A stretch of DNA of 64,000 nucleotides from an uncultured Acidobacteriota bacterium (GTDB lineage: Bacteria > Acidobacteriota > Blastocatellia > RBC074), in the NCBI GenBank assembly GCA_963796275.1, contig CAWCKY010000006.1, positions 2,784,001-2,848,000 on the forward strand, read 5' to 3'. Every line of letters starts with the position of its first letter. The first letter of the stretch is position 1. Shown here one piece after another: positions 10,164 to 20,177 of this stretch. The translations under genes and the position numbers were made by a program. Below the pieces are notes generated by a model, which was given only the letters and a program-made list of their open reading frames with translations, searched no databases and was not told where the DNA came from.

Positions 10164-10736
10164 ATGGCGGAATTGAAGCCGATCACGGGCGCGCGCGAAA
10201 GCCTCGAGGACTTGAGTGGGACCGTGACGGAATACAGCTACGTGACGCCGGGGGAAGAGACGATGCGCGAATTGACCAGGATTTTATTTGAAGAGCATTG
10301 GCGCGAGATCATCGTCGGCCCATGTATCGAAGGCGCGGTTTTTGAGATCCGCTTTGAGCAGGCTCCGAAGAAAGTCTCCTACCTCGACGGCTACCTGACG
10401 GTCGATCTCGGGCACTGGCATTTTCATCTCTGCGTTGGCGCGCATAAAGGCGCGCGCTCGGCCGAACTGGCCGCCAAACGGCGCGTGGCGAAGCTAGCTT
10501 TCTTTGAAACGAAGGACAATCGCTGTATTGGTGGCAACAGCTACGGCATTCGGATGTGGAACGGGTTCGGCGAGCAGATGACGACCGTTTTTCTGCCGAA
10601 CCCCCGTTTGTCCGATGAGATGAAGGTTTTGAAGGAGCCGCAATGGGATCGATTGCAGCTGTGGTTTGAGCTGCGAAACCGGTTTTTGGGAGAGCCGATC
10701 CCGGAATCATTTATGTCGGGAAGCGCTCCTGGCTGA
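10164..10736 (+). CDS. Uncharacterised protein, possibly ChuX/HutX/HemS-like tetrapyrrole-binding fold
   Basis: AGGAG RBS, 2 nt after btuF. The pattern GAVFEI...GYLTV...HFHL...SYGIRMWNGFGEQMTTVFL resembles ChuX/HutX by eye only. Confidence 0.6.
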   Translation: MAELKPITGARESLEDLSGTVTEYSYVTPGEETMRELTRILFEEHWREIIVGPCIEGAVFEIRFEQAPKKVSYLDGYLTVDLGHWHFHLCVGAHKGARSAELAAKRRVAKLAFFETKDNRCIGGNSYGIRMWNGFGEQMTTVFLPNPRLSDEMKVLKEPQWDRLQLWFELRNRFLGEPIPESFMSGSAPG

Positions 10737-10800
10737 CGGGCGGCGTCAAGTGGCGTCGCTTTCACGCTCCGCGCTGGTGACCTGCCAAGATGGTTTCTGA

Positions 10801-11628
10801 ATGAGAGGCAAAAATAGACATCGCCACTCCGCTCTGAGGGTGGCCACACTGATTATCACAAGCTTGGCCGTTTGCGCCGGTTATCTGTTGTTGCGGCGTC
10901 ATGGAATTGGTGTTCGCGAATTGCTGGTGACGGACGGTAATCCACATTCGATCACGGTGGTCTCGATTCTGGCTTACAGCCTGGTATTCGGATTGAAGCA
11001 CGCACTGGAGCCGGATCATTTAGCGGCGGTCTCAACTATCGCCGTCGAACATAAGTCATTGTTCGGCTCCTCGCTGGTAGGCGCGGTGTGGGGGCTCGGG
11101 CACACGCTGTCGTTGTTGCTGGCCGGACTGGTCGTGATTCTCCTAGGGTTCGACCTGCGCGAAGAATATCTTGAGCCCGTTGAGGTCATCGTGGCCCTCA
11201 TGTTGATCGGGCTCGGGGCCAGGGCCTTGTGGAAATTAGGGCGGGAGAGAAGCGCGTCGGTAAACGCCGGATCAAAGGAAGCGCATAACCACTCTCATGC
11301 ACACCACCAGCATTCGCACGGCGTCTGGGGGCGCATTGGCCTCCGACCGCTATTGATCGGGATGGTCCATGGGCTCGCCGGGAGCGCCGCCCTCTTGCTG
11401 CTGCTGATACCGGTCATTCCCTCAACGGTCTTAAAGATAGTTTACATCCTGGTCTTCGGCGCCGGCTCGATCGCGGGGATGGTCATTATGAGTTGCATGG
11501 TGGGCCTTCCCGCACACCTGATGGCGGAGCGATTTCTGAAAGTGAGCCTGGCCATCCGCGCGCTGGCCGGGCTGTTCAGCCTCGGTTTTGGAATTTGGCT
11601 GCTGCAAGGACTCATTCATGCAAGCTGA
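10801..11628 (+). CDS. Ni/Co transporter (NiCoT/UreH/HupN-like)
   Basis: GLKHALEPDH, WGLGH, His-rich loop HNHSHAHHQHSH, GMVHGLAGS and multiple TM helices. Confidence 0.85.
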   Translation: MRGKNRHRHSALRVATLIITSLAVCAGYLLLRRHGIGVRELLVTDGNPHSITVVSILAYSLVFGLKHALEPDHLAAVSTIAVEHKSLFGSSLVGAVWGLGHTLSLLLAGLVVILLGFDLREEYLEPVEVIVALMLIGLGARALWKLGRERSASVNAGSKEAHNHSHAHHQHSHGVWGRIGLRPLLIGMVHGLAGSAALLLLLIPVIPSTVLKIVYILVFGAGSIAGMVIMSCMVGLPAHLMAERFLKVSLAIRALAGLFSLGFGIWLLQGLIHAS

Positions 11629-11744
11629 GCGAATTGAAGAATTTGAAAGATCCGAAATGAGTGGATGTGATTGTAGTTTGAATCTGGCTATTGATTGCAG
11701 GAGACGCCCCCGAATTTATTCAAGCCGGAGGGGGCTCGGAGCGA

Positions 11745-11965
11745 AGAGCTACAAGTCCCGGTTCCGGTCTGCCATTAACCTAGGAGGCGCTGAAAGTGAA
11801 CGGGAAGCGCGGTGTGAATCCGCCACTGCCCACGCAACTGTAACGGCGACTGACTCCGCAAAAAGCCACTGCTCGAGATGAGTGGGAAGGCGCGGAGGAG
11901 GGCTGTCAGCGACAAGGATATGGGCCTTTTCGCTGAGGAAAGCCGCAAGTCAGGAGACCGGCTCT
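11745..11965 (+). promoter_or_regulatory. Cobalamin (B12) riboswitch 2
   Basis: GAACGGGAAGCGCGGTGTGAATCCGCCACTGCCCACGCAACTGT...GCCACTG...GGGAAGG...AAGTCAGGAGACCGGCTCT upstream of the TonB receptor. The 5' boundary is approximate. Confidence 0.9.
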
Positions 11966-12004
11966 CAGCGCATCGCCACCGACTTTCGATGGGAAAGAAA
12001 GGAC

Positions 12005-14485
12005 ATGTTTTCTATGAAAAACAGTTATAGAGCAGGGAGGACAGCAATCGCTTTCGCAGTCGTCTGTCTCATATGTTTCGGCGCAGGAATGACACGGGTG
12101 TGGGCGCAATCGTCTGGAAGCTTGAGTGGCAGGGTCACGGATTCGCAAGGGGCGGCTGTGTCGAGCGCGACCATAACGCTCTATTCGCGCACCACGGACC
12201 TGCGCGCGATGACCGTGACCGATGAACGCGGGGCGTATCGTTTTGAGCGACTGCTTGAGGGGGATTATGTGGTTGAGGTGAACTCCGATGGTTTCGGTCG
12301 GATTTCGCGAATCTACCGAGTCGAAAGAGGTGCGGCCGGAACTCTGGATTTCGCCCTGGAGGTCGCGGGAGTCAGCGAGACGATATTGGTCACCGCCGCT
12401 GGGACACCGCAAACGGTTGACGAAGTATCGAAAGCGGTTTCAGTCGTCACGGCGGAGGAGATTGAACAACGTAATGAGTATGCAATCGGCGAGACGCTGC
12501 GTACCGTGCCTGGATTGCGAGTACAACAACTCGGCGGACCAGGAACATTCGCGCGGATACAGACACGGGGGTTGCGTGATTCGGACACCGCGATCCTGGT
12601 TGACGGGTTGCGCCTGCGCGACGCCGCGTCAACACAGGGCGACGCGACATCATTCATCGAGGAGATGTTCACGGTCAATTCAGACCGGCTCGAAGTGCTG
12701 CGCGGATCCGGCTCCTCACTCTACGGGACGAACGCCATCGGTGGGGTCGTGAACGTCATCTCCGACCAGGGCGGGGGACCGACCCACGGGCAATTGCAAT
12801 TCGCGGGCGGGCAATTGGGACTTTATCGCGGGCGCGCCCAACTTGCCGGAGGCTTTGACTCGAACCGGTTCATATACAGCGGCGGCTTCGCGCTGCTCAA
12901 CGTCACCGACGGGGTCAATCACACGCCGACGCGAAATTTCAGCGGGCAGGGGGTCGCGAAGTACAATTTCACCCCAAACATATCACTCATCGCGCGGTTG
13001 TTTGGGAACACCGCTTACCTGGCTTCGACGGATAGTCCTTTCACCGCTGCGAGCGCGGCCGATTTCGCAAGTTTTCTGCCCGGGTTTGTTCCGCCGCCGG
13101 CGGGCAGCGTGATTGACGCGGTCGCCCTCCCTCTGGATCAACAGCAAAGAATCGAGAATGGATTGGCCGTGACCGATCGAGGCGGCGCAAACTACATTCC
13201 GAATCTGCGCGATCCCGACAACCGCCGCGACTCGAATTACCTGACTGTTGCCGTGATCTTCAACCAGCGGCTCAATGACGCGTTCGGGTACCGCGCCAGC
13301 TACCAAAGGGTCAACACCAACCGGCAATTTGGCGATGGCCCCGGGGGAGGGCGCTTCGAGCCATTATTCAATAGCTTCAGTATTTTTGACGGGCGCATCG
13401 ACACATTCAATCTTCAGGCTGACGGGAGGCTCGGTTCACACAACCTGCTTGCGGTCGGGTACGAATTCGAACAGGAGCGATTTATAGGGGCGAACCGCGA
13501 CGAAGACCCGAACGCCGGGTTGCGAGCCAATTCAGGCACGGACGTCAGTCAGCGTAGCAACACATTTTTCATTCAGGATCAGTTCCGCGCGTTGGATAAT
13601 CGCTTACAGATTTCGGCGGCGTTTCGCGCCCAATCATTCTATTTGACGCAGCCCGAATTCTTTGGAGGGACCTCCGTTTATTCCGGACTGCCATACGAAT
13701 CACCCAGGACAGCTTATACCGGAGACGGTTCAGTCTCGTATTTCTTCAGCTCGACCGGCACAAAATTGCGCGCGCACGTCGGCAGCGGCTATCGCGCGCC
13801 TGCGATCTTCGAGCGGTTCGGTTCCTCTTTTTTCGACGGCGTTTTCTCTCCATTCGGTGACCCCCGCCTCAACCCCGAACGTTCGATCGCGGTCGATGGT
13901 GGGATCGATCAGAAATTAGCGGGAGATCGCGTGCAACTGAGCGCGACCTATTTCTACACCCGATTGCAGGATGTGATCGTCTTTGATTCGACCGGATTCA
14001 TTATTCCCGCTACCGACCCATTCGGTCGATTCGGCGGGTACCGCAACACAGGCGGAGGGCTGGCGCGTGGGGTGGAGTTAGCGGCAAGTACAAAGCCGTA
14101 TCGCACGCTCGACCTGAGCGCGTCATACACCTTCACCAACGCCGTTAACCGCGTTCCGTCTTCCGTGCCGAATTTCTTGCGAACCATCGTGCAGCCGCGT
14201 CATATGTTCACGATGCTGGCCGCGCAGCAGATCACGCGGCGACTGGACGTGGTCTTCGATTTGTTCGCTTACGGCAGCTACTTCTTTCCCTTCTCGAGTC
14301 GGGCCTTCAAATTCGACGGCCCGGTCAAAGCCGATCTGGGCGCGAGCTATACCGTGCCGATGAGCGACCGGGTCAGCATGAGGTTTTACGCGAAGGTTGA
14401 GAACATTTTCGACCGGGAATACTTCGAAAGCGGGTTCCGCACACCGGGGGCGGTCTTTACCGGCGGAATGGGTCTGCGGTTCTGA
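12005..14485 (+). CDS. btuB: TonB-dependent corrinoid receptor (BtuB-like) with an N-terminal carboxypeptidase-regulatory-like domain
   Basis: Signal peptide, plug LRTVPG...ILVDG...LEVLRGSGSSLYG, C-terminal F, riboswitch-controlled. The start may be 12014. Confidence 0.85.
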   Translation: MFSMKNSYRAGRTAIAFAVVCLICFGAGMTRVWAQSSGSLSGRVTDSQGAAVSSATITLYSRTTDLRAMTVTDERGAYRFERLLEGDYVVEVNSDGFGRISRIYRVERGAAGTLDFALEVAGVSETILVTAAGTPQTVDEVSKAVSVVTAEEIEQRNEYAIGETLRTVPGLRVQQLGGPGTFARIQTRGLRDSDTAILVDGLRLRDAASTQGDATSFIEEMFTVNSDRLEVLRGSGSSLYGTNAIGGVVNVISDQGGGPTHGQLQFAGGQLGLYRGRAQLAGGFDSNRFIYSGGFALLNVTDGVNHTPTRNFSGQGVAKYNFTPNISLIARLFGNTAYLASTDSPFTAASAADFASFLPGFVPPPAGSVIDAVALPLDQQQRIENGLAVTDRGGANYIPNLRDPDNRRDSNYLTVAVIFNQRLNDAFGYRASYQRVNTNRQFGDGPGGGRFEPLFNSFSIFDGRIDTFNLQADGRLGSHNLLAVGYEFEQERFIGANRDEDPNAGLRANSGTDVSQRSNTFFIQDQFRALDNRLQISAAFRAQSFYLTQPEFFGGTSVYSGLPYESPRTAYTGDGSVSYFFSSTGTKLRAHVGSGYRAPAIFERFGSSFFDGVFSPFGDPRLNPERSIAVDGGIDQKLAGDRVQLSATYFYTRLQDVIVFDSTGFIIPATDPFGRFGGYRNTGGGLARGVELAASTKPYRTLDLSASYTFTNAVNRVPSSVPNFLRTIVQPRHMFTMLAAQQITRRLDVVFDLFAYGSYFFPFSSRAFKFDGPVKADLGASYTVPMSDRVSMRFYAKVENIFDREYFESGFRTPGAVFTGGMGLRF

Positions 14486-14503
14486 GGTTCGCTGAGGAAT
14501 GCG

Positions 14504-15298
14504 ATGAGTATATTACTAACGGCTCAAGATATTTCGTTCGCTTACGACAGCCGGCAGGTTCTGAAAGGAATCTCGTTGGTTGTTGAGGCGGGCGAATTCG
14601 TCGGTCTGATTGGCGCGAACGGCAGCGGCAAAACGACATTGTTACGCGCGCTGCTCGGATTGCTCAAGGCTTCGGGCGAGGCGCGACTGTGCGGCGACTT
14701 GCTCTGGACTCTTGATCGGCAAGAGATCGCCAGGCGCGCCACAATGGTCCATCAGGATACGCGCGTCGATTTCGCCTTCACTTCGCGCGATATCGTGGCG
14801 ATAGGCCGCACGCCTTATTTGGGGCGCTTCAAACCTGAAGGCGCCGCTGATAAGAAAGCCATCGCCCGAGCGATGCGCGAAACGGGCGTAACAGAATTGG
14901 CTGAACGGCCGGTAACGGAGCTTTCGGGTGGCGAGAGGCAGCGTGTCCATCTCGCCCGCGCGCTGGCGCAAGAGACGCGCGTCATTTTGCTGGACGAGCC
15001 GACCGCAAATCTCGATTTGGCGCATCAATTCGAGGCGCTCGAACTCGTTCGCGGATTCACGCGCGCCGGCGGGGCGGCGCTGGCGGCGATTCACGATCTA
15101 ACCCTTGCGTCGCATTTCTGTGACCGGCTGTTGCTATTGTCGAGAGGCGAGATTGTGGCCGCCGGCGCGCCCGTCGAAGTTATAACTGAAAGCAACCTTG
15201 AAAAGCATTTCGCGCTCCGGGCGCGCGTCAAGTGTGACGACGAGACGGGAGCGATGATCGTCCACCCGCTTGCCGCGAAGTCGTCGTCCGTAAGCTGA
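14504..15298 (+). CDS. ABC transporter ATP-binding protein (BtuD/FecE-like)
   Basis: GANGSGKT, LSGGERQR, LLDEPT. Confidence 0.9.
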   Translation: MSILLTAQDISFAYDSRQVLKGISLVVEAGEFVGLIGANGSGKTTLLRALLGLLKASGEARLCGDLLWTLDRQEIARRATMVHQDTRVDFAFTSRDIVAIGRTPYLGRFKPEGAADKKAIARAMRETGVTELAERPVTELSGGERQRVHLARALAQETRVILLDEPTANLDLAHQFEALELVRGFTRAGGAALAAIHDLTLASHFCDRLLLLSRGEIVAAGAPVEVITESNLEKHFALRARVKCDDETGAMIVHPLAAKSSSVS

Positions 15299-15326
15299 AT
15301 CGAGGCGTGGAGCGTGGTTTAAATCA

Positions 15327-16346
15327 ATGTCGAAAGGCTCTCTAATGGCAACTCCTGTTTCACAACCGCCGAATAAAAGCTTAAAAGGCTCGCCGATTTA
15401 CATAGCCGCGATCGTCACGACGCTGGCGCTGGTGGTCGCCGGAATCGAAATTACGCGGCGGCTGAAAGCCCCTGCGGATACCATCACCGAACTTCCCGCG
15501 ACCGCGAGGCCGTTTCCGCGTGAGTTGCGCGATGCCAAAGGCGAGACGCTCAACCTCCCACGCGAACCGCAACGCATTGTATCGCAGACGCTCGGCACGG
15601 ACGAGATACTGCTTGCCATCTGCCCGGCGGAGCGAGTCGTTGCATTGAGTCACCTGGCTGAAGATGCGAACTACAGCAATGTTGTCGAAGAGGCGCGACA
15701 GATTCCAAACAGGACAACCCAGGGGCCGGAGCAGATTTTGCAGTTCAAGCCAGACCTGATTTTCGTTGCAAGTTACAGCCGCGCCGAGACGATCGAATTG
15801 CTCCATGCTTCCAAGGCGCCGGTCTTCCGATTCGCGAATTTCGATTCTATCGCGGACATCAAATCGAACATCCGCACGATCGGTTACGCGACGGGGACGG
15901 ACGCCGCGGCGGAGAACCTTATCGTGCAGATGGATGAGGCGCTAATCGCCGTCCGCGCGCGCATTCCAAAAAGCGAATCGCCCGTGCGAGTGATGTCCTA
16001 TGACAAGCTGGGTTATACCGCGGGCTCGAACACGATCTTCGACGACGTCGTGCGAGCCGCAGGCGCCGTCAACGTATGCGCGGAGCGAGGGATCAAGGGC
16101 TTCGCCAAGATCAATTCGGAAAAGATACTCGAATGGCAGCCTGACTTTCTGATCACTGGGGCAAACCGGGGCACGGAAAAATCCGTGCGCGACCGATTGC
16201 TCGAAGACCCGGCGGTCGCAAGCAGTAAGGCTGCGCGCGCGGGGCGCGTCATTGTGATCGATAGCCATCATTATCTGACGGTCTCGCAACATGTCGTGGG
16301 CTTCGTTGAGGATTTGGCGAACGGACTCTATGGAAACCGGAAGTAA
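15327..16346 (+). CDS. ABC substrate-binding protein (BtuF-like) 2, with an N-terminal membrane anchor
   Basis: PQRIVSQTLGTDEIL, EQILQFKPDLI, EKILEWQPDFL. Confidence 0.85.
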   Translation: MSKGSLMATPVSQPPNKSLKGSPIYIAAIVTTLALVVAGIEITRRLKAPADTITELPATARPFPRELRDAKGETLNLPREPQRIVSQTLGTDEILLAICPAERVVALSHLAEDANYSNVVEEARQIPNRTTQGPEQILQFKPDLIFVASYSRAETIELLHASKAPVFRFANFDSIADIKSNIRTIGYATGTDAAAENLIVQMDEALIAVRARIPKSESPVRVMSYDKLGYTAGSNTIFDDVVRAAGAVNVCAERGIKGFAKINSEKILEWQPDFLITGANRGTEKSVRDRLLEDPAVASSKAARAGRVIVIDSHHYLTVSQHVVGFVEDLANGLYGNRK

Positions 16347-17439
16347 GATAATCGAAGCGCCTAGGGCCAGTACCGAGCGAGCCTCGCGCGGCCTCTTCAC
16401 ACAACGGGTCGCCGGGTACTTTGCCGTGGTCGCGATCGTGTTGCTCATCGCGTTCATGGCCGGGATCGCCATCGGGAGCGCGTCCGTGCCGGCTGCGATA
16501 GTCGTGCGCGTATTAGCTTCCCATGCTTTGCCGCACGGATGGGTTGACCTTAGTGATATTCCGGAGCCGCAACAGGTCATTGTCTGGTTGATTCGGACGC
16601 CGCGCGTCATCGTAGCGGCGCTCGTCGGCGCGGGACTGGCGGTCGCAGGCGTGCAGATGCAAGGTCTGTTCCGCAACGCGCTGGCTTCACCCGACATCGT
16701 CGGGACGAGTTCCGGAGGCGTGCTCGGCGCCGTCCTGGCTCTCGCGACGGGGTTGGCGATGCGATCGATTTTTTATCTGCCGGTGATGTCTTTCGCAGGG
16801 GCCTTGCTCGCGCTCTCTCTGGTCTACGCCATCGCCACGCGTCGCGGGCGCACGCCCGTCTCCACGCTGCTCTTGACCGGCGTCGCGTTCAACGCATTGA
16901 TCGGCGCGATCACGTCGTTCGTGATCAGCCTGCAATGGGTTCGGTGGGAGGTGGCGCAGGAGATTCTTTTCTGGATGATGGGCGGCCTGGACAGCCGCAC
17001 CTGGAAGCACGTCTGGCTGGCGCTGCCCTGTGTCGTGATCGGCTTGATCGTCGCGCTCGTCTATTCGCGCGATCTTGACGTCCTGCTGCTCGGCGAAGAG
17101 ACGGCGCTCGCGGTAGGCGCAGATATAGAGAAGGTGAAGCGGATCATCCTGACGAGCGCGGCCTTACTCACCGGAGCCGCTGTCGCCGTCAGCGGCCTGA
17201 TCGGTTTTGTCGGTTTGGTCGTGCCGCACATCGTGCGCCTGATCATCGGGCCAAAACACAGATATTTATTGCCAGCCAGCGCGTTGACGGGGGCGGCTTT
17301 TTTGATTCTGACAGATATTCTGGCTAGAACGATAAACCGTCCGGAAGAGATCAGACTGGGAATTGTGACGGCCATACTGGGCGCGCCGTTTTTTCTGTAC
17401 CTGCTGCTACGCCACTATCGCACCATCGGCATAGGATAA
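16330..17439 (+). CDS. ABC permease (BtuC/FecCD family)
   Basis: IRTPRV, QGLFRNALASP, GLIGFVGLVVPH, GAPFFLYLL. Confidence 0.9.
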   Translation: METGSKIIEAPRASTERASRGLFTQRVAGYFAVVAIVLLIAFMAGIAIGSASVPAAIVVRVLASHALPHGWVDLSDIPEPQQVIVWLIRTPRVIVAALVGAGLAVAGVQMQGLFRNALASPDIVGTSSGGVLGAVLALATGLAMRSIFYLPVMSFAGALLALSLVYAIATRRGRTPVSTLLLTGVAFNALIGAITSFVISLQWVRWEVAQEILFWMMGGLDSRTWKHVWLALPCVVIGLIVALVYSRDLDVLLLGEETALAVGADIEKVKRIILTSAALLTGAAVAVSGLIGFVGLVVPHIVRLIIGPKHRYLLPASALTGAAFLILTDILARTINRPEEIRLGIVTAILGAPFFLYLLLRHYRTIGIG

Positions 17440-17462
17440 ACGCGAGACTGGGGGAGGGAATT

Positions 17463-18104
17463 ATGGAATCTGAAAATCATACAAATGTCGATCAATCCAC
17501 GAGAGAGGAGACAGACGAGCGCCACGCCGAACAAATGCGGCGCCGCAAAGCCTCCTATGACGCGCGCAAGGCGGCGGCGACGCAAGAAAAAGGTTTGATC
17601 ATCGTCAACACAGGCACGGGCAAAGGGAAAACCAGCGCTGCCTTGGGGATGGTCTTTCGCGCGCTCGGACACGGCATGCGCGTCGGCGTGGTGCAATTCA
17701 CGAAAGGCGCAATTGAAACCGGCGAGGCCGCTTTCGCCCAACAACTGGGAGGGCAGATTGATTTCTACACTCTCGGCGAAGGCTACACCTGGGAGACGCA
17801 GGACCGCGAGCGTGACAGCGCAGTAGCTAGTAAGGCCTGGGAGCAGGCCCGCGCGTTGATCGAAGACCCGCGCTATCAGATCGTCGTGCTCGACGAACTC
17901 AACATCGTCCTCAAATACGGGTACGTGCCACTGGACGAAGTACTAGAAACCCTGCGCCGCAAGCGCGAGGACTTGCACGTCATCATTACGGGGCGCAACG
18001 CGAAAGACGAACTGATCGCGCTGGCCGACCTGGTGACCGAGATGAAGCTGATCAAACACCCCTATAAGAGCGGGATCAAAGCCCAAAAGGGGATCGAGTA
18101 TTAA
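17463..18104 (+). CDS. cobO: ATP:corrinoid adenosyltransferase CobO/BtuR
   Basis: NTGTGKGKTSAA, VVLDEL, ITGR, KAQKGIEY. Confidence 0.95.
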   Translation: MESENHTNVDQSTREETDERHAEQMRRRKASYDARKAAATQEKGLIIVNTGTGKGKTSAALGMVFRALGHGMRVGVVQFTKGAIETGEAAFAQQLGGQIDFYTLGEGYTWETQDRERDSAVASKAWEQARALIEDPRYQIVVLDELNIVLKYGYVPLDEVLETLRRKREDLHVIITGRNAKDELIALADLVTEMKLIKHPYKSGIKAQKGIEY

Positions 18105-18604
18105 TGGCGAATACCGACAGAAAGAGCGCTGAGAAACCTTTGCCCGAAGGTATACCGAATCGATTTGTGTTCGTGAAGCGCGCGGACGAGGAGGTGAAGA
18201 AGACTCGCGTCGTGGAAGGACAGCTGCTCGTCTGTCAGGGGTGCTGCTGCGGCAAGACAGAGCGCGGAATGCCGCCGCTACCGCTGGACGATTTTAAACA
18301 ACAATGGAAAGAGCGTGGAGTGCGTTTGCGCGTTCACCTGACCGTCACTGGCTGTTTAGGCCCATGTCCACTGGCGAATGTCGTGCTGATCCTGTTTGCG
18401 GGGGAGTCCGTCTGGCTTCATTCGATCAACACTCCCGAACACGTAACGGCGATCTACGACTATCTGGAAGCGATGCTGTCGGCTGAAAAATATCTTCCGC
18501 CGGGAGGGATTCTCGCCGATTGTCATTTCAACCGCTTCATTTTTGATACGGCCGCAGGCGACGCATGGCTGAACGATGACGATTGGAAGCAGGTAAAAGC
18601 CTGA
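18104..18604 (+). CDS. Thioredoxin-like (2Fe-2S) ferredoxin, CbiW-like
   Basis: CQGCCCG...GCLGPC cysteine pattern inside the cob operon. Confidence 0.75.
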   Translation: MANTDRKSAEKPLPEGIPNRFVFVKRADEEVKKTRVVEGQLLVCQGCCCGKTERGMPPLPLDDFKQQWKERGVRLRVHLTVTGCLGPCPLANVVLILFAGESVWLHSINTPEHVTAIYDYLEAMLSAEKYLPPGGILADCHFNRFIFDTAAGDAWLNDDDWKQVKA

Positions 18605-18641
18605 ACGATGTTCATCAATAGCGATACTTGGTACTGAACGT

Positions 18642-20177
18642 ATGACGGCGAAAGCCTTAATGGTATTGGGTACAGCTTCCCACGCGGGCAAATCGCTCAC
18701 GGCGGCGGCGCTGTGCCGTATTTTGAAGCAGGACGGCTTCAACGTTGCGCCCTTCAAGGCTCAAAACATGGCGCTCAACTCCTTTGCCACGCGCGAAGGC
18801 CACGAGATCGGGCGGGCGCAGGCGATGCAGGCGCAGGCCGCCGGCATCGAGCCGCACGTCGACATGAACCCGATTCTGCTCAAGCCGACTTCGGAGGTGG
18901 GCTCACAGGTCGTTATCAACGGCAAAGTTTTTGGCAACTATCGCGGCGCGGAATATTACCGTCTCAAACCGATGTTGCTCGACGCGGTGGCCGCGGCGTA
19001 CCAACGTCTGGCGTCGCGACACGAAATCATCGTGCTGGAAGGCGCGGGCTCGCCCGTCGAGATGAACCTCAAGGACCGAGACGTGGTGAATATGAAAATG
19101 GCCGAGATCGCGGACGCGGCCTGCCTGCTGGTAACGGACATCGACCGCGGCGGCGTCTTCGCCTCGCTGGTCGGCACTTACGCCCTGCTCGAACCGCACG
19201 AACGGGCGCGTTTCGGGGGCTTCCTGATCAACAAGTTTCGCGGCGACGTGAGCCTTTTCACGCCCGGCGTTGAATATCTGGAAAACCGTCTGTCGCAACC
19301 TTGCCTGGGCGTAATCCCGTACCTGCGCGATCACGGCATCGATGATGAAGACAGCGTGTCGCTCGAACGCCGCGCGGCGAGGCCTTTGCTTGATAACGAA
19401 GACCAGTTGCGCATCTGCGTGGTCGGGTTGCCATACCTTTCCAATTTCACAGACTTTACTGCGCTTGAGAACATTTCCGGCGTAGTCGTTTATTACACGC
19501 GTAAGCCGGAAGAGTCGCGATCTGCCGACGTGCTCGTCCTGCCCGGGAGCAAAAACACCATTCCCGATTTGCTCTGGCTCAGAGAGAATGGGTGGGGGGA
19601 AAGGGTCCATTCCCATGTCGCAGCCGGCAAGCCGCTGGTGGGAATCTGCGGTGGATTCCAAATGCTGGGGCGTGAAATCCGAGACCCGCACCACGCGGAG
19701 AGCGACATCGAATCGGTTCCGGGGTTGGGGCTGCTGGATGCGACAACAACACTCGCCAATGAAAAGATCACTCGTCAGGCGACAGCGAGGTTACTCGCGC
19801 CGTCGCGCTTTTCTCAAAATGACGCGGGACCTATGTTCAGCGGCTATGAAATTCACCTTGGGGAAACGAGCCTGGGAGCCGGGATCCGGCCGCTCTTTCA
19901 ACTCACGCGGCTTGGCGACATCGAAATCCACAACGATGGCGCGGTCAATGATGACGGCCGTGTCATGGGCACATACCTGCACGGGCTCTTTGATTCGGCG
20001 GAAGGGCTGGCTTTATTGCTGACCCACTGGCGGAAACTCTGCGGGAAGAAAATTTCGGCGGCGCCGGTCGTCGACCCGCTCGCCGAACGGGAAAGGCGGT
20101 ATGACATCCTGGCGGAGCATTATCGGCGCAATCTGAGGATGGACGTTATTCACCGGATGATAGATGGAAAAAAATAA
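18642..20177 (+). CDS. cobQ: Cobyric acid synthase CobQ/CbiP
   Basis: GTASHAGKS, PFKAQNM, EGAGSP, DIDRGG, SNFTDF, GICGG, GYEIH, GTYLHG. Confidence 0.95.
   Translation: MTAKALMVLGTASHAGKSLTAAALCRILKQDGFNVAPFKAQNMALNSFATREGHEIGRAQAMQAQAAGIEPHVDMNPILLKPTSEVGSQVVINGKVFGNYRGAEYYRLKPMLLDAVAAAYQRLASRHEIIVLEGAGSPVEMNLKDRDVVNMKMAEIADAACLLVTDIDRGGVFASLVGTYALLEPHERARFGGFLINKFRGDVSLFTPGVEYLENRLSQPCLGVIPYLRDHGIDDEDSVSLERRAARPLLDNEDQLRICVVGLPYLSNFTDFTALENISGVVVYYTRKPEESRSADVLVLPGSKNTIPDLLWLRENGWGERVHSHVAAGKPLVGICGGFQMLGREIRDPHHAESDIESVPGLGLLDATTTLANEKITRQATARLLAPSRFSQNDAGPMFSGYEIHLGETSLGAGIRPLFQLTRLGDIEIHNDGAVNDDGRVMGTYLHGLFDSAEGLALLLTHWRKLCGKKISAAPVVDPLAERERRYDILAEHYRRNLRMDVIHRMIDGKK

Noticed and set aside
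11882-12004. N-terminal extension of btuB in the ORF track
   Set aside because: It overlaps riboswitch 2. The signal peptide and RBS point to 12005 or 12014.
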